Source: Octopus vulgaris (taxonomy: Eukaryota). Taken from it: 64,000 bases of DNA. The stretch lies in NCBI GenBank assembly GCA_951406725.2, contig OX597828.1, positions 44,640,001-44,704,000 on the forward strand. Reading direction: 5' to 3'. This document shows, piece after piece, positions 1 to 11,918 of this stretch; within the stretch, counting starts at the first letter, position 1, and every line of letters begins with the position of its first letter. The notes beneath the pieces are model-generated. The model worked only from the letters and a program-made list of their open reading frames with translations, was not told the origin of the DNA and made no database searches. A program made the position numbers and the translations under genes.

Positions 1-129
1 TTTATTTCAGATATCCTCCTTTTAAAAATAATCTCCAGCTAATCATTAAGAGGACGTTGGTTTTGCCTTGGTGAAGGTTTGCGTTTTCTAAGTACTCATG
101 TTATTGTTTGGTATTAATTCCAGTATGCA

Positions 130-345
130 AAAATTATATACATTATTTACATTATTTACACTCAATGGATATTTGTCCTCATCTGTTTGTTGTCAACACA
201 ATGTTTTGGCTGATATACCTGCCAGCCTTCTTTGGATGTCTTGGGGAAATTTCAAACCTGTTGTGTCAACAACAAACAAGATGAGGACAAATCGCCATTG
301 GATGTAAATGATGTACATAATGTAAATAATGCACATAATTCATCA
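130..345. mobile_element. Foldback remnant of a Penelope-like terminal repeat with a degenerate hammerhead-like motif
   Basis: Arms about 135-201 and 260-340 are inverted (tttgtcctcatctgtttgttgtcaacacaa / ttgtgtcaacaacaaacaagatgaggacaaa). The minus strand of the loop reads ccaaagaAGGCTG...CAGCCaaaac, a decayed CTGANGA-stem II-GAAAC layout. Confidence 0.45.
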
Positions 346-431
346 TCTCTTAAATATAGAACTGTGCAAAAGTTATAGGTTCTTGCTTGCATTAATATAT
401 ATGTTTAGCATTATATAATGCAATTATCGCA

Positions 432-625
432 GCAAGCTGGCTGAAATATTAGCATGCCAGGCAAAATTCTTAGTGGTATTTCATTTGTTAAATTCCACCA
501 AGGTTGACTTTGCCTTTCATGCTTTTACAGTCGATAAACTAAGTACCAGTTGCGAACTAGGGTTGATCTAATCAACTGACCCCCTCCCCCAAAATTTCAG
601 GCATTTGTGTAGAGTAGAAAAGATT
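432..625 (+). mobile_element. SINE family B copy (diverged)
   Basis: Shares gagctggc..gaaa..ttagca and aggt(t/c)gactttgcctttcat...gtcgataaa.taagtaccagttg with 947-1170 (minus) and 8147-8286. Confidence 0.7.
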
Positions 626-946
626 ATATACTACAATTGCATATTCTCAAATGAACACAAAGGAAGAAGCCTAGCTTATCAGATCACCAGCACATCATGG
701 TTCCATCTACAATTCAGCTACTGTTTTATTCTACTCCTATAGATATAGGCCAACAAGTCTTATGGTCTGATGATATACCATACAGATACTCTTTATGGCA
801 AGAAACCCAGGGTAACCCTATTCACCAGTAATAAATATAGATTGCTCTACATCTTAGAGTGTGCTTTTTGTCCATTCCTATGTTTTTCTAAAAAAAAAAA
901 AGCCAATATATATGTATATGTATATATATATAGATAGTTGTCAGTA

Positions 947-1170
947 CCTATTTCTTTACTATCCACAAGGGGCTAAACACACAGAGGACAAACAAGGACA
1001 GACAAATGGAATAAGTCAATTATATTGACCCCAGTGCGTAACTGGTACTTATTTAATCAACCCTGAAAGAATGAAAGGCAAAGTCGACCTCAGTAGAATT
1101 TGAACTCAGAACGTAACGGCAGACGAAATATTGCTAAGCATTTCGCCCTGTGTGCTAACGTTTCTGCCAG
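947..1170 (-). mobile_element. SINE family B copy
   Basis: Minus strand: ctggcagaaacgttagcac..gggcgaaatgcttagc...gagttcaaattc (B-box-like)...gaggtcgactttgcctttcat...taagtaccagttacgcactggggtc...tagccccttgtgg..agtaaagaaatagg. Its 3' part recurs at 45373-45460. Confidence 0.75.
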
Positions 1171-1383
1171 TACCATCTGACTGGCCCTCGTGCCGGTGGC
1201 ATGTAAAAGCACCCACTACACTCTCAGAGTGGTTGGCATTAGGAAGGGCATCCAGCTGCAGAAACTCTGCCAGATCAGATTGGAGCCTAGTGCAACCATC
1301 TGGTTCGCCAGACATCAGTCAAATCGTCCAATCCATGCTAGCATGGAAAGCGGATGTTAAATGATGATGATGATGATGATGAT
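1171..1383 (+). mobile_element. RTE LINE 3' end fragment with (GAT)n tail
   Basis: ggttggcattaggaagggcatccagctg...ccatgctagcatggaaagcggatgttaaatgatgatg matches the 3' UTR of the RT-bearing copy at 13205-15440. Confidence 0.85.
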
Positions 1384-1384
1384 A

Positions 1385-1580
1385 GTGAATCCAAACAAAG
1401 AATAACAAACATAAAAAAACAACAATGTGAGGACGTGATACAAGTAATGTATTATCGGACAATCAGGAAAAGAAAAAAAAAAGGGGGGGATTTAATGTTT
1501 CAAGTAAAACTCTTTGTCAGAAATAGAGGAAAATTCAAAGGAAGGAATGACGGAGGAAGAAAATCGCCAACAATGTTGTG
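1385..1580 (-). mobile_element. ~200-bp non-coding element with degenerate HHR-like motif (family of 6471-6667)
   Basis: Reverse complement aligns by eye with 6471-6667 and reads tttCTGACAAagagttttacttGAAACattaaa. Confidence 0.6.
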
Positions 1581-1820
1581 TGTGTATATATATACACATC
1601 ATCATCATCATTTATTGTCCATTTTCCATTCTGGCAATGGGTTAGACGTATTGATTGGAACTGGTAAGCTGAAGAACTGTACCAAGCTCCAATATGTTAT
1701 TTATAAATCTATACATATAAGTATATGTATATACATGTGTATGTATACACACACACATACACACACATATATATGCCACCATCTCTATCCTGCTGTCTCC
1801 TACTCTCTCTCTCTCTCTTC

Positions 1821-2201
1821 TGCTAGAAATAGGAGTCAAAATAACTCTATAGCCATAAAATGCACTGTCTTAATGATTGACAAGGGAGATAATTTCCCTT
1901 GTGGACAGTCATATCGCTGGCGATATGATCTTAATTCTCATCAGTGGCTCTTACCAAACTTAGGGTAAAGCACAACTCATCTTGTCAACGTATAAGAAAA
2001 CTGTCGAACTCATGTGAAAACTATAAATAATATCGATGGTTTATTAGTAATTTAATAACCTGATGAGAATTAAGATGCTCTGCAGCAAAATTTAAAATTG
2101 CCAGCAATGAGGTTATATCAGCTATGGAAATTATCTCCCTTGTCAGTCATTAAGACAGTGCATTTGTGGCTATGGAGTCGTTTTGACTCCTATTTCTAGC
2201 A
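1821..2201. mobile_element. MITE/foldback element with ~77-bp terminal inverted repeats
   Basis: 1821-1897 tgctagaaataggagtcaaaa...gacaagggagataatttcc is the near-complement of 2126-2201. There is also an inner pair atcttaattctcatcag / ctgatgagaattaagat. Confidence 0.75.
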
Positions 2202-2250
2202 ATGCTGATACACTCACTACCCTCTGCCACCTTAGTGATGTCAATATTTA

Positions 2251-2618
2251 TATGTATGTATGTTTGTATGTATGTATGTATGTATGTATGTGTGTATGTA
2301 TGTATGTATGTATGTATGTATGTATGTATGTATGTATGTATGTATGTATGCATGCATGCATGCATGTATGTATGTATGTATGTATGTATGTATGTATGTA
2401 TGTATGCATGCATGCATGCATGTATGTATGTATGTTTGTATGTATGTATGTATGTATGTATGTATGTATGTATGTATGTATGTATGTATGCATGTATGTA
2501 TGTATGTATGTATGTATGTATGTATGTATGTATGTATGTATGTATGCATGCATGTATGTATGTATGTATGTATGTATGTATGTATGTATGTATGTATGTA
2601 TGTATGTATGTATGTATG
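2251..2618. repeat. (ATGT)n microsatellite
   Basis: Direct inspection. Confidence 0.95.
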
Positions 2619-3002
2619 TTAGTATATATAAGTGTGTGCGTGTATGTGTGTGTATATATAGATATAGGTATATGTGCTTTGTGTTTGTGTATAGAGTGAA
2701 GCCAGTTCTTATAATTATAGATAACATCACCAACTGGAAATTTTTCTGAAACCTATTGGGTCTCAAACTAAATTCTAATGTTAGGTCACTTATTGTTATC
2801 GAAACAAATGGCTTTGGTCCAAAGTGATAACAATAAGTGACTTCTGTTCATAATTTTGTTCATATGGTTGAATGTATATGAATATATACATACATTTCTA
2901 TGTGTGTATATATATATATACATATATCATCATTTAATGTCCATTGTCCATGCTGGCATGGGTTGATACATACATGCATTTATATATATATACATACATA
3001 GT

Positions 3003-3044
<42 letters not shown>

Positions 3045-3156
3045 TATACATATACCACACACACACACATACGTCTGAGTCTAAATGTATAAATGTGTAT
3101 ATATATACCTATATATGTGTATGTTTGTATGTCTGTATATATATATACACACACAC

Positions 3157-3241
<85 letters not shown>

Positions 3242-3575
3242 CATATATATGTTTCTGCGTAAGTGTACAAATGTGTGTATGTGTGTTTGTGTGTATATAT
3301 TCACATTTGGTTACATATTCATTTATGCGGATAAACAAGTAACTACCAATACAAGCAAGCAGATACATATACAGCACAAGTGTAAACATAACTGCGTATT
3401 ATATTTTTCAACTTCAATGCTAATGCTTGTATAAACTATTATTTAACTTTGTTCATCTAATATACCATTTTTGAAGTGGAGATTTCTCCTTATTGATTTA
3501 TGCCAATGGTTCTGCTTTTAATTCATATTCTGGTTTATTTTAAGCTTTCAAATTAAAGAACAAAAGCTAACATAA

Positions 3576-3675
3576 NNNNNNNNNNNNNNNNNNNNNNNNN
3601 NNNNNNNNNNNNNNNNNNNNNNNNNNNNNNNNNNNNNNNNNNNNNNNNNNNNNNNNNNNNNNNNNNNNNNNNNNN
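3576..3675. other. Assembly gap (100 N)
   Basis: A run of exactly 100 N, typical of a scaffold join of unknown size. Confidence 0.98.
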
Positions 3676-3977
3676 AACATAAAATTATTTGATTGTATGA
3701 ATTCAGGATGGCAGAAGCTTTGGGTAATGGCATTTAACGGTCATGGGAAATATCAAGGAATTTACAGTTCTGTGCTTGTTTCAAAACTTTCGTTGTTAAG
3801 ATAAGAGTCTTGAAATTGAGAAAACCTGTGGAGGTTTCTCTGCAAATTGACAACAACCAATTGAGGGCTGTTACCAGAGCTGTTACCAGGGTTGTCTTAA
3901 CAGCATTATCAGCCTCCTGGACAAATCCCTGCACTGGGCCCTTTAGTATTTATTCTTTCACAACCAGCTACAAAATA

Positions 3978-4410
3978 CAGGTCGTCATTGACTTACAACC
4001 TATCTGACTTATGACCGATCGACTTTATGATGATTGGCACACCAGCTTCTGGCAGCAATAATCAATAGTCCATCTACAGATGATGTCAGCTAGCAAAGGC
4101 TTCTCCTAGGTTTGGTTATCAATCACCACTGTGGTTACCGCGAGTGTTGGATCAATATCCTGTTGCAGAGACATCGAGGCAATCTTGTATTTGTTTATAA
4201 GACAACTGCTTGAGACTCCAAAATTTTTGACTAACGCCAGTATAATAATATATTACAGAATGCTGTGTGTGACTTTTACCTGAGAATGTACCTTAAGAAT
4301 GTAAATATATAAAACAAAGGTATGTTTAGGTCTATAGGCCAACTTACGACCAAATCAACTTACAACCTGTCAGTCAGAACTAATTGTGGTCATAAGTCGA
4401 TGACAACCTG
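3978..4410. mobile_element. pogo/Tigger-like MITE
   Basis: TA-flanked TIRs ta|caggtcgtcattgactta ... taagtcgatgacaacctg|ta, with repeated (g/a)actta(c/t)ga subterminal motifs. Confidence 0.7.
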
Positions 4411-4487
4411 TACTTAGATTAGAACTGGAGCCCTTAAGCCCATGAGGCTCTTGGGAAACTGCCTAGTGTGCCTGTGGTTTAAGACAG

Positions 4488-4858
4488 TAGTTAGTTAGTT
4501 AATTTTTTGGCTCAAAAAGCAAAAAGCAAGGCCATGTAGGGGGACATGGAGTTATGTACAGGGTGGTGTTCATGTAAAGAGTTCAGGCCACTTGTGGTCA
4601 AGGGAGACTTTGAACCGAGCAGTCGGCGACATGTTCACTATCTCGTCCGGCAGCTTATTCCATGGATCCACAACCCAGATGGAGAAAGTCCCTCTCCTTC
4701 AATTGAGATGAAATCGTCGCAGATAGAGCTTTTCGGAGTGACCCCGCAGCCGACACTCTGGAGCAGGAGTGAAGATCAGCTCTTTCGAGAGGTTACACTT
4801 TCCACTTATGATGTTGTGAGCAAGAATGAGATCACCATGGCGTCGTCATTTTTCTAGA
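4488..4858 (-). mobile_element. CR1-clade LINE 3' fragment (ORF2 C-terminus, 3' UTR and (AACT)n tail)
   Basis: Minus translation LEK*RRHGDLILAHNII...RLRGHSEKL...FSIWVVDPWNKLPDEIV...FKVSLD fits the CR1 ORF2 C-terminal pattern (RRxRGDLI, RGH, WNxLP, FKxxLD). Tail gtagttagttagtt at 4488-4500. Confidence 0.8.
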
Positions 4859-4879
4859 GAATAAAGGTCGGAAACAGAT

Positions 4880-5595
4880 TAACCTAAAAGATCACCAGAG
4901 ATTACAGGACAACTAAATATAGATCATTCAGCACACTTATGATGTTTGTGTCACACCGAGGGGTCCAAAAAGCTCCCTCAATAAATGCTGCATAAACTGA
5001 ATGGAAATAACAAAGAGATTTGCTGTTACGAAGAGTTTGCTCTGGGTTTCTTATGTGCCATAAAATGATTCCTCCTTTTTTATTTATTGCATCCTGGTAT
5101 GTGATGAGAAATGGATTCTTTATGACAGCTAATGGGGCATTGTACAGCGGTAGATTGAGATGAAGCGCCAAAATAATTTCCTGTTATAATCCTCTGCTAG
5201 TTCTTGAATTCTGATAAAGCCATCATAGCAGAGAAGTATTGGCGTTATTGGCAATAAATCAATAAAATGTACTAAGTTCATATCCAGAATTTGTCAATCA
5301 AAAAGGACTGATTCTATTCTATGACATTCCCCAACAATATGTCTCAGAAATGGCAGCAGAATTTGAACAAATTATATAATGAAATTCTACTTCACTCATC
5401 TTATTCCTCAGAACTCTCTCTGACAAATGATTACTTTTGGAAGCATCTTCATAACTACCTGTGAAAGACAGTCTTCAACAAGCAACTAACAGTGCAAAAC
5501 ACCTTTGAGGAAATCATTGGTTCCACTACACTAAATTTCTTATGCTATCCAAATAAATAGATTTGTTTATTGTAAAAAAAGAAATAATATGTACA
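4880..5595 (+). pseudogene. Highly decayed mariner transposase remnant
   Basis: VCDEKWILYDS near 5097-5130 (TCDEKWILYDN motif) and HSSYSSELSL..DYFWKHLHNYL near 5394-5460 (HPPYSPDLSPTDYHFFKHLDNFL motif). Many stops and frameshifts; interrupted at the 3' end by a SINE. Confidence 0.7.
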
Positions 5596-5596
5596 C

Positions 5597-6015
5597 AGGT
5601 GCAGGAGTGGCTGTGTGGTAAGTAGCTTGCTAACCAACCACATGGTTCCGGGTTCAGTCCCACTGCGTGGCATCTTGGGCAAGTGTCTTCTGCTATAGCC
5701 CCGGGCCGACCAATGCCTTGTGAGTGGATTTGGTGGACGGAAACTGAAAAAGCCTGTCGTATATATGTATGTATATATATATGTGTGTGTGTATATGTTT
5801 GTGTGTCTGTGTTTGTCCCCCTAGCATTGCTTGACAACCGATGCTGGTGTGTTTACATCCCTGTCACTTAGTGGTTTGGCAAAAGAGACCGATAGAATAA
5901 GTACTGGGCTTACAAAGAATAAGTCCCGGGGTCGATTTGCTCGACTAAAGGCGGTGCTCCTGCATGGCCGCAGCCAAATGACTGAAACAAGTAAGAGAGA
6001 GAGTAAAAGAGTAAT
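5597..6015 (+). mobile_element. tRNA-derived SINE family A (full length)
   Basis: A-box-like TGGCTGTGTGG, B-box-like GGTTCAGTCCC, body ttgggcaagtgtctt..., internal (TA)n(TG)n tract, 3' catggccgcag.caaatgactgaaacaagtaa(aagagt)n. About 15 related copies in the window. Confidence 0.9.
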
Positions 6016-6386
6016 AAAAAGAAAAGGGAAAAAAACGGTTGATTTTAATGGTAGTTAATAAATGATTTTTTCATCAGTTTCAGCTCAAAGCTGTAGCCAT
6101 GCTGGAGCAGTGCTGTTGAACTGAAGGATATTGTTTTAATGTTATTTGTTAAAAACGCAATTATTTTTGCATCATCCTGATACAAAAGAATAGGAAAAGA
6201 GACATACAGACAGATTTGAGAGATACAGGTTGCCGTCCATTAAGTAGAAGCATAAGAGAGTCTGTATGATAAAATAAATTGATGACATTTGTGGATTTAT
6301 GTGTACATCTGGGCATATTTGTATGCATTTATATATGTACATACATACATTCATACAGACACACACACACACATATGCATGTACAT

Positions 6387-6424
<38 letters not shown>

Positions 6425-6470
6425 TATACATATGTATATGTATGTATGTATGTATGTATACGTGACCTCG

Positions 6471-6662
6471 TGTGTACCGTTGGCGATTTTTTTCCTCTGT
6501 CTTCCCTTCTCTGGATCTTTCCTTCTCCTATGTTTCCAATGAAGAGCTTTGCTCGAAACGTTAAACCCTCCTTCTTTCCTTCTTTCCTGAGCATCCAATA
6601 ATACTATATTTGTTCCACGTCCTCGCATTGTTGTGTTTTTTTGTGCTTTCTTGTTTGGATTA

Positions 6663-6667
<5 letters not shown>
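6471..6667 (+). mobile_element. ~200-bp non-coding element with HHR-like motif, in (TA)n
   Basis: tttcCAATGAagagctttgctcGAAACGTTaaac at about 6533-6566. Related copies at 1385-1580 and 55230-55410. Confidence 0.6.
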
Positions 6668-6712
<45 letters not shown>

Positions 6713-7189
6713 CATATATGTATATATATACGTATATATAGATATATAGATATAGATATAAATATATACATATATGCTCTCAGGGTTTTAAACAGATTAA
6801 CATTTTCGTTTCCATAATTTCTGTTGAAATATGTTGCTCTTGTTTCTGTTAATTGTGAAAAGAACGTAAAATATTTTGCAAAATAATTCTGTCATTAAAA
6901 TGATGTTCAGAACTGAAATTAACGAGAAATTTTAGTGGAACATTTAATCTGGATCACTTTGACAGAGATATATTAGGTAGGAAGTGATATAAAAAAGTTC
7001 TCAGAGTAGTTCTCTAGTACATCAACAGATGGCAGCACACAGTTGTGTGCACACTCAGAGCTAGCAGTGACCTTCATGAGGCAGCATACTGAGTGACATT
7101 GCCGTGTTTATTTCACAAGTTGTAAAATTAGTGATTTTGTGATCACGTGCATTCTGTAGTGTGTTCTTTTGTCACAGACACAAACAAAG

Positions 7190-7345
7190 AGTAGGAGTGG
7201 CTGTGTGGTAAGTAGCTTGCTTACCAACCATCTGGTTCCGGGTTCAATCCCACTGTGTGGCACCTTGGCCAAGTGTCTTCTGTTATAGCCTCGGGCTGAC
7301 CAAAGCCTTGTGAGTGGATTTGGTAGACAGAAACTGAAAGTAGCC

Positions 7346-7406
<61 letters not shown>

Positions 7407-7422
7407 GTATGTTTATGTAACC

Positions 7423-7459
<37 letters not shown>

Positions 7460-7685
7460 GTATGTGTGTGTATATGTTTGTGTGTCTGTGTATGTCCCCA
7501 CCAACATCACTTGACAACCGATGGTGGTATGCTTATATCCCCCTAAACTTAGCGGTTCAGCAAAAGAGACTGATAGAATAAGTACTAAGCTTACAAAGAA
7601 TAAGTCCTAGGGTCGATTTGCTTGACTAAAGGCAGTGCTCCAGCATGGCCACAGTCAAATGACTGAAACAAGAAAAAGAGAGTTA
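7190..7685 (+). mobile_element. SINE family A (full length, expanded internal microsatellite)
   Basis: Same head, body and tail as 5597-6015. Confidence 0.9.
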
Positions 7686-7771
7686 AATAAAATGGCTATC
7701 CTGAAATACAACAATATTTGTTTCAACACATGGCTTCACATCAGGAATCTTGCAAAACAGATTCATAAACG

Positions 7772-7805
<34 letters not shown>

Positions 7806-7807
<2 letters not shown>

Positions 7808-8145
7808 GGCATCAGTGCCGGTGGTACGTAAAGAGCACCATTCGAGCATGGGCATTACCAGCATCGCCTTACTGGCACTTGTGCCGGTGTGCAGGTGACA
7901 CGTAAAAAAAACACGATTTTTTCATGGCCGTTGCCAGTACCGCCTGACTGGCCCTTGTGTCGGTGGCACATAAAAGCACCCACTACACTCTTGGAGTGGT
8001 AGGCATTAGGAAGGGCATCCAGCTGTAGAAACTCTGCCAAATCAAGACTGGAGCCTGATGCAGACATCTGGTTCACCAGTCCTCAGTCAAATTGTCCAAC
8101 TCATGCTAGCATGGAAAGCGGACGTTAAACGATGATGATGATGAT
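7806..8145 (+). mobile_element. RTE LINE 3' UTR fragment
   Basis: Ends ...catgctagcatggaaagcggacgttaaacgatgatgatg. Confidence 0.85.
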
Positions 8146-8146
8146 T

Positions 8147-8286
8147 GAGTTCAAATTCCACCGAGGTCGACTTTACCTTTCATCCTTTTGGGGTTCGATG
8201 AAATAAGTACCAGTTGTGTACTGGATCAATCTAATCGACTGGCCCCTCCCCTCTAAATTTCAGGCCTTGTGCCTAAAGTTGAAAGG
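8147..8286 (+). mobile_element. SINE family B 3' part
   Basis: gagttcaaattccaccgaggtcgactttacctttcatcc...aagtaccagttg...caggccttgtgcct. Confidence 0.7.
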
Positions 8287-8320
<34 letters not shown>

Positions 8321-8609
8321 GTAGTAGTAGTAGCAGCAGCAGCAGTGGGTGTTAATGCATGGTTGTTGTTGCTAGTGGCGGTGGTTTGGTATGTTATATA
8401 TAAGTACAAAATATAAGTAAATAGATAGATAGAGATATAGATAGATGAAAAGACAGTGAGAGAGAGAAAGAAAAGAGAGAGAGAGAGAGAGAGAGAGAAA
8501 ACGAGAAAGAAAGAAGGAGCAAGGGAGTGAGAAAATGAAAGTAAGAGATAAAGCAATAAAAGACCTCTGCATCTCTGCATGAGCAGATGACATATATACA
8601 TATATATAT

Positions 8610-8651
<42 letters not shown>

Positions 8652-8699
8652 TTACATACAAGGCCAAAGAGGGTACGGGCGCTGCCATATATATTATAT

Positions 8700-8999
8700 G
8701 TAGAAAAATACAAACTGGGACAAGGAGGTAAAACATTTAGAAGAGGATACAAAAAACACGGACGGGACATTCGAAGCCTTCAATCTTCAGTCAAGAACCA
8801 GATCATCCTCGCAATTTCGGCTGCTCATAGCTTAGTTTTTCCTTGGGGCTGGCCGGATCGGAGCGATCTCAAGTTTAATCAGCCGAAATTGCGAGGATGA
8901 TCTGGTTCTTGACTGAAGATTGAAGGCTTCGAATGTCCCGTCCGTGTTTTTTGTATCGTCTTCTAAATGTTTTACGTTCTTGTACCAGTTTGTATTTTC

Positions 9000-9001
<2 letters not shown>
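8700..9001. mobile_element. Foldback element with ~123-bp inverted arms in (TA)n
   Basis: 8701-8823 is the near-perfect reverse complement of 8880-9001. A non-inverted relative lies at about 49390-49560. Confidence 0.75.
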
Positions 9002-9038
<37 letters not shown>

Positions 9039-9041
<3 letters not shown>

Positions 9042-9445
9042 CGCAGGAGTGACTGTGTGGTAACTAGCTTGTTTACCAACCACGTGGATCTGGGTTCGGT
9101 CCCACTGGGTGGCGCCTTGAGCAAGTGTCTTCTGCTATAGCCTCAGGCTGACCAACGCCTTGTGAGTGGATTTGGTAGATGGAAACTGAAAGAAGCTCGT
9201 CGTATATATGTATATGTATATGTATGTGTGTGTATATGTTTGCGTGTCTGTGCTTGTCCCTCCAACATCACTTGACAACTGATAATGGTGTATTTACATA
9301 CCCGTACTTTAGCGATTTGGCAAAAAGAGACCAATAGAATAAGTACTGGGCTTACAAAGAATAAGTCCTGGGGGCGATTTGCTCGACTAAAGGCGGTGCT
9401 CCAGCATGGCTGCAGTCAAATGACTGAAACAAGTAAAAGCAAAAG
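9039..9445 (+). mobile_element. SINE family A (full length)
   Basis: ggcgcaggagtgactgtgtgg...gggttcggtccc...cagtcaaatgactgaaacaagtaaaag. Confidence 0.9.
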
Positions 9446-9460
9446 ATATATATATATGTA

Positions 9461-9499
<39 letters not shown>

Positions 9500-9554
9500 T
9501 TTTATATATATATATGCACATACATATACATTATATATGTATGTATATATGGTC

Positions 9555-9735
9555 ATATACATATACATACATATACATACATATACATATACATGCATAT
9601 ACATATACATACATATATATATACATATACATATACATACATATACATATACATACATATACATACATATATATATTATACATATACATGCATATACATA
9701 TACATACATATACATATACATATACATACATAAAC

Positions 9736-9772
<37 letters not shown>

Positions 9773-9890
9773 CATATACATATACATACATATACATATA
9801 CATATACATATAAATACATATACATACATATACATATACATACACATACTTATATACATATACATATACATACATATATACATATACATG
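9555..9890. repeat. (ATATAC)n/(ATAC)n compound microsatellite
   Basis: Direct inspection. Confidence 0.9.
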
Positions 9891-10203
9891 CATACGTACA
9901 GTGAAGTGTTGAAAGTATACATATATGATTAGCCATTGATGAAACCCAAGCAAATTTCCTGTCTGGTTATTGCCTCAATTATTGACTGATAACCCCCCCC
10001 TCCTCCTCTACCTCCTCCTCCACCTCTTGCCTCCTCTGATGACTGTGACCATTACTGAAGGAGATAACACTGAAACATCTTTACTGCAGATAAATGTATA
10101 GATAGGTGTGTGTCTATGTGTTTATGTATGTGTTTATGTGTGTGAATATGTGTGTATTTGTGTGTGTGTACATATCTACACACTTATATATGTATGCATA
10201 TGA

Positions 10204-10238
<35 letters not shown>

Positions 10239-10677
10239 TGCATACATACACACACATCTATATGTATGCACTTACATATGCATATACATATATGAAGGTG
10301 TATAAATATATATATATATATGTATGTATGTGTGCATGTATGTACACATATTTATATGTGTGTATGTGTGTGTATGCACATATGCACACACACTCACACA
10401 CATATATATATATATATTTACATATATATGCATGAATATATATGTACACACATGCATGTATGCATATATTCACACAAATAAATGTATATATGTAAATATA
10501 TTCAAAAACAAATAAATTTATATATACAGAAATATTTAAGATTTTATATATATGTGTGTGTATATACATATGTATATATACACACACACACACATATACA
10601 TAGCTATATGAATTTATATATATACTTATGTACATTTTCAAGTGTATGCATGCATACACTGTACATATTATACATAT

Positions 10678-10726
<49 letters not shown>

Positions 10727-11542
10727 CATACACACTAACAGATATATATGCATACATGCATTCATACATACATACACACACACACCCACACACAGATGCA
10801 CACATATAATCTGCTTATTAGTTGTTCAGTTTCTTTTCAAGGGAGCAATGACTAAATCCTAACCTTTATTCTTTGGCAATAATTAAATAATCTACATCAT
10901 ACATTTATACCTAAAATTTAATTTAGCTTCAACTTCGTCATTCACTGCTGTCGTATTTGTAGACACATCTATTTCAACGCTATTGTGTCTCATCAGTGCT
11001 ATGTGTTTAAAACTACATTGAATTACATTATATTTTATAAGAAGCAAAAAATAATATATGAAACAATGAATAAAGAAGTATTTGATGAAAGAAATTATTT
11101 GAAATGAATTAATATGGTTTGTAGGTAAATTTATATTAGATTCAGAGGATGTACTTATTTGCAGATGTTCTGATCTTTCAAAAACAAAAAAAAAACCCCA
11201 AAATTCCAGCACATCAGTTTTTTGCTGGGCCTAGGTATGAAACAATCGACACATACGTGTGGCTCATACACTCCTCTCCATACACTTTTTGCAACTTTGT
11301 GTAGATCACTGAGCAGGTATCACCATGACAACTTTCTTTGTCATGGTCAATGCAATCATCACATGCTACATACCTTCCTACAAACAACTGCTGTAAACAG
11401 CAGAAGTGAGCTAGAATGCTAAAACTTAATGCACAGGCCTAGCAGAGATCATGGTCAATTTTTGCCAAGTGGCTTTACTCTGGGTGCTTTAGCTTCATTA
11501 CTATAACAACAGTTTGGATATTTATTGATCAGACCTTAGTCG

Positions 11543-11725
11543 CCATGATAGATCGTTAGCCACTACACACATTTTTTTCTCTCCTTGTTTTTTCTGTGTC
11601 CCTTTCTGTAGAAGAGTGTAGGCTTGAAACGTAAAAGACTTTTTCTATTCCTAAGCGTTATACTAATACATCTGTTTGTTTTGTACACCACCTGTCTTCG
11701 TCTTTTGTTTTTTTCGTAAACTGTA
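11543..11725 (+). mobile_element. ~180-bp non-coding element with variant HHR-like motif
   Basis: ccatgatagatcgttagccactacac...ctttCTGTAGAagagtgtaggcttGAAACGTAaaag...tactaatacatctgtttgtt. Copies at 37655-37843 and 47797-47956 (both minus). Confidence 0.65.
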
Positions 11726-11738
11726 AATATATAAATAA

Positions 11739-11802
<64 letters not shown>

Positions 11803-11834
11803 ATATAAATATGTATGTATATATATATATGTAT

Positions 11835-11916
<82 letters not shown>

Positions 11917-11918
<2 letters not shown>

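Noticed and set aside
2150-2766. Long ORFs such as MYVCMYVC and HTYIHTYI, and the many [12 protein letters not shown] ORFs across the window
   Set aside because: Stop-free translations of microsatellites in several frames at once, with no domain content.
3548-3733. ORF spanning the N run
   Set aside because: Artefact of the assembly gap.
8909-8940. Hammerhead at gaCTGAAGAttgaaggcttcGAAtgtc
   Set aside because: GAAA is incomplete and no consistent stems I and III could be drawn.
9039-9115. Possible tRNA genes at SINE heads (also 24483-24550)
   Set aside because: A and B boxes are present but there is no complete cloverleaf, and each continues into a repeated SINE body.
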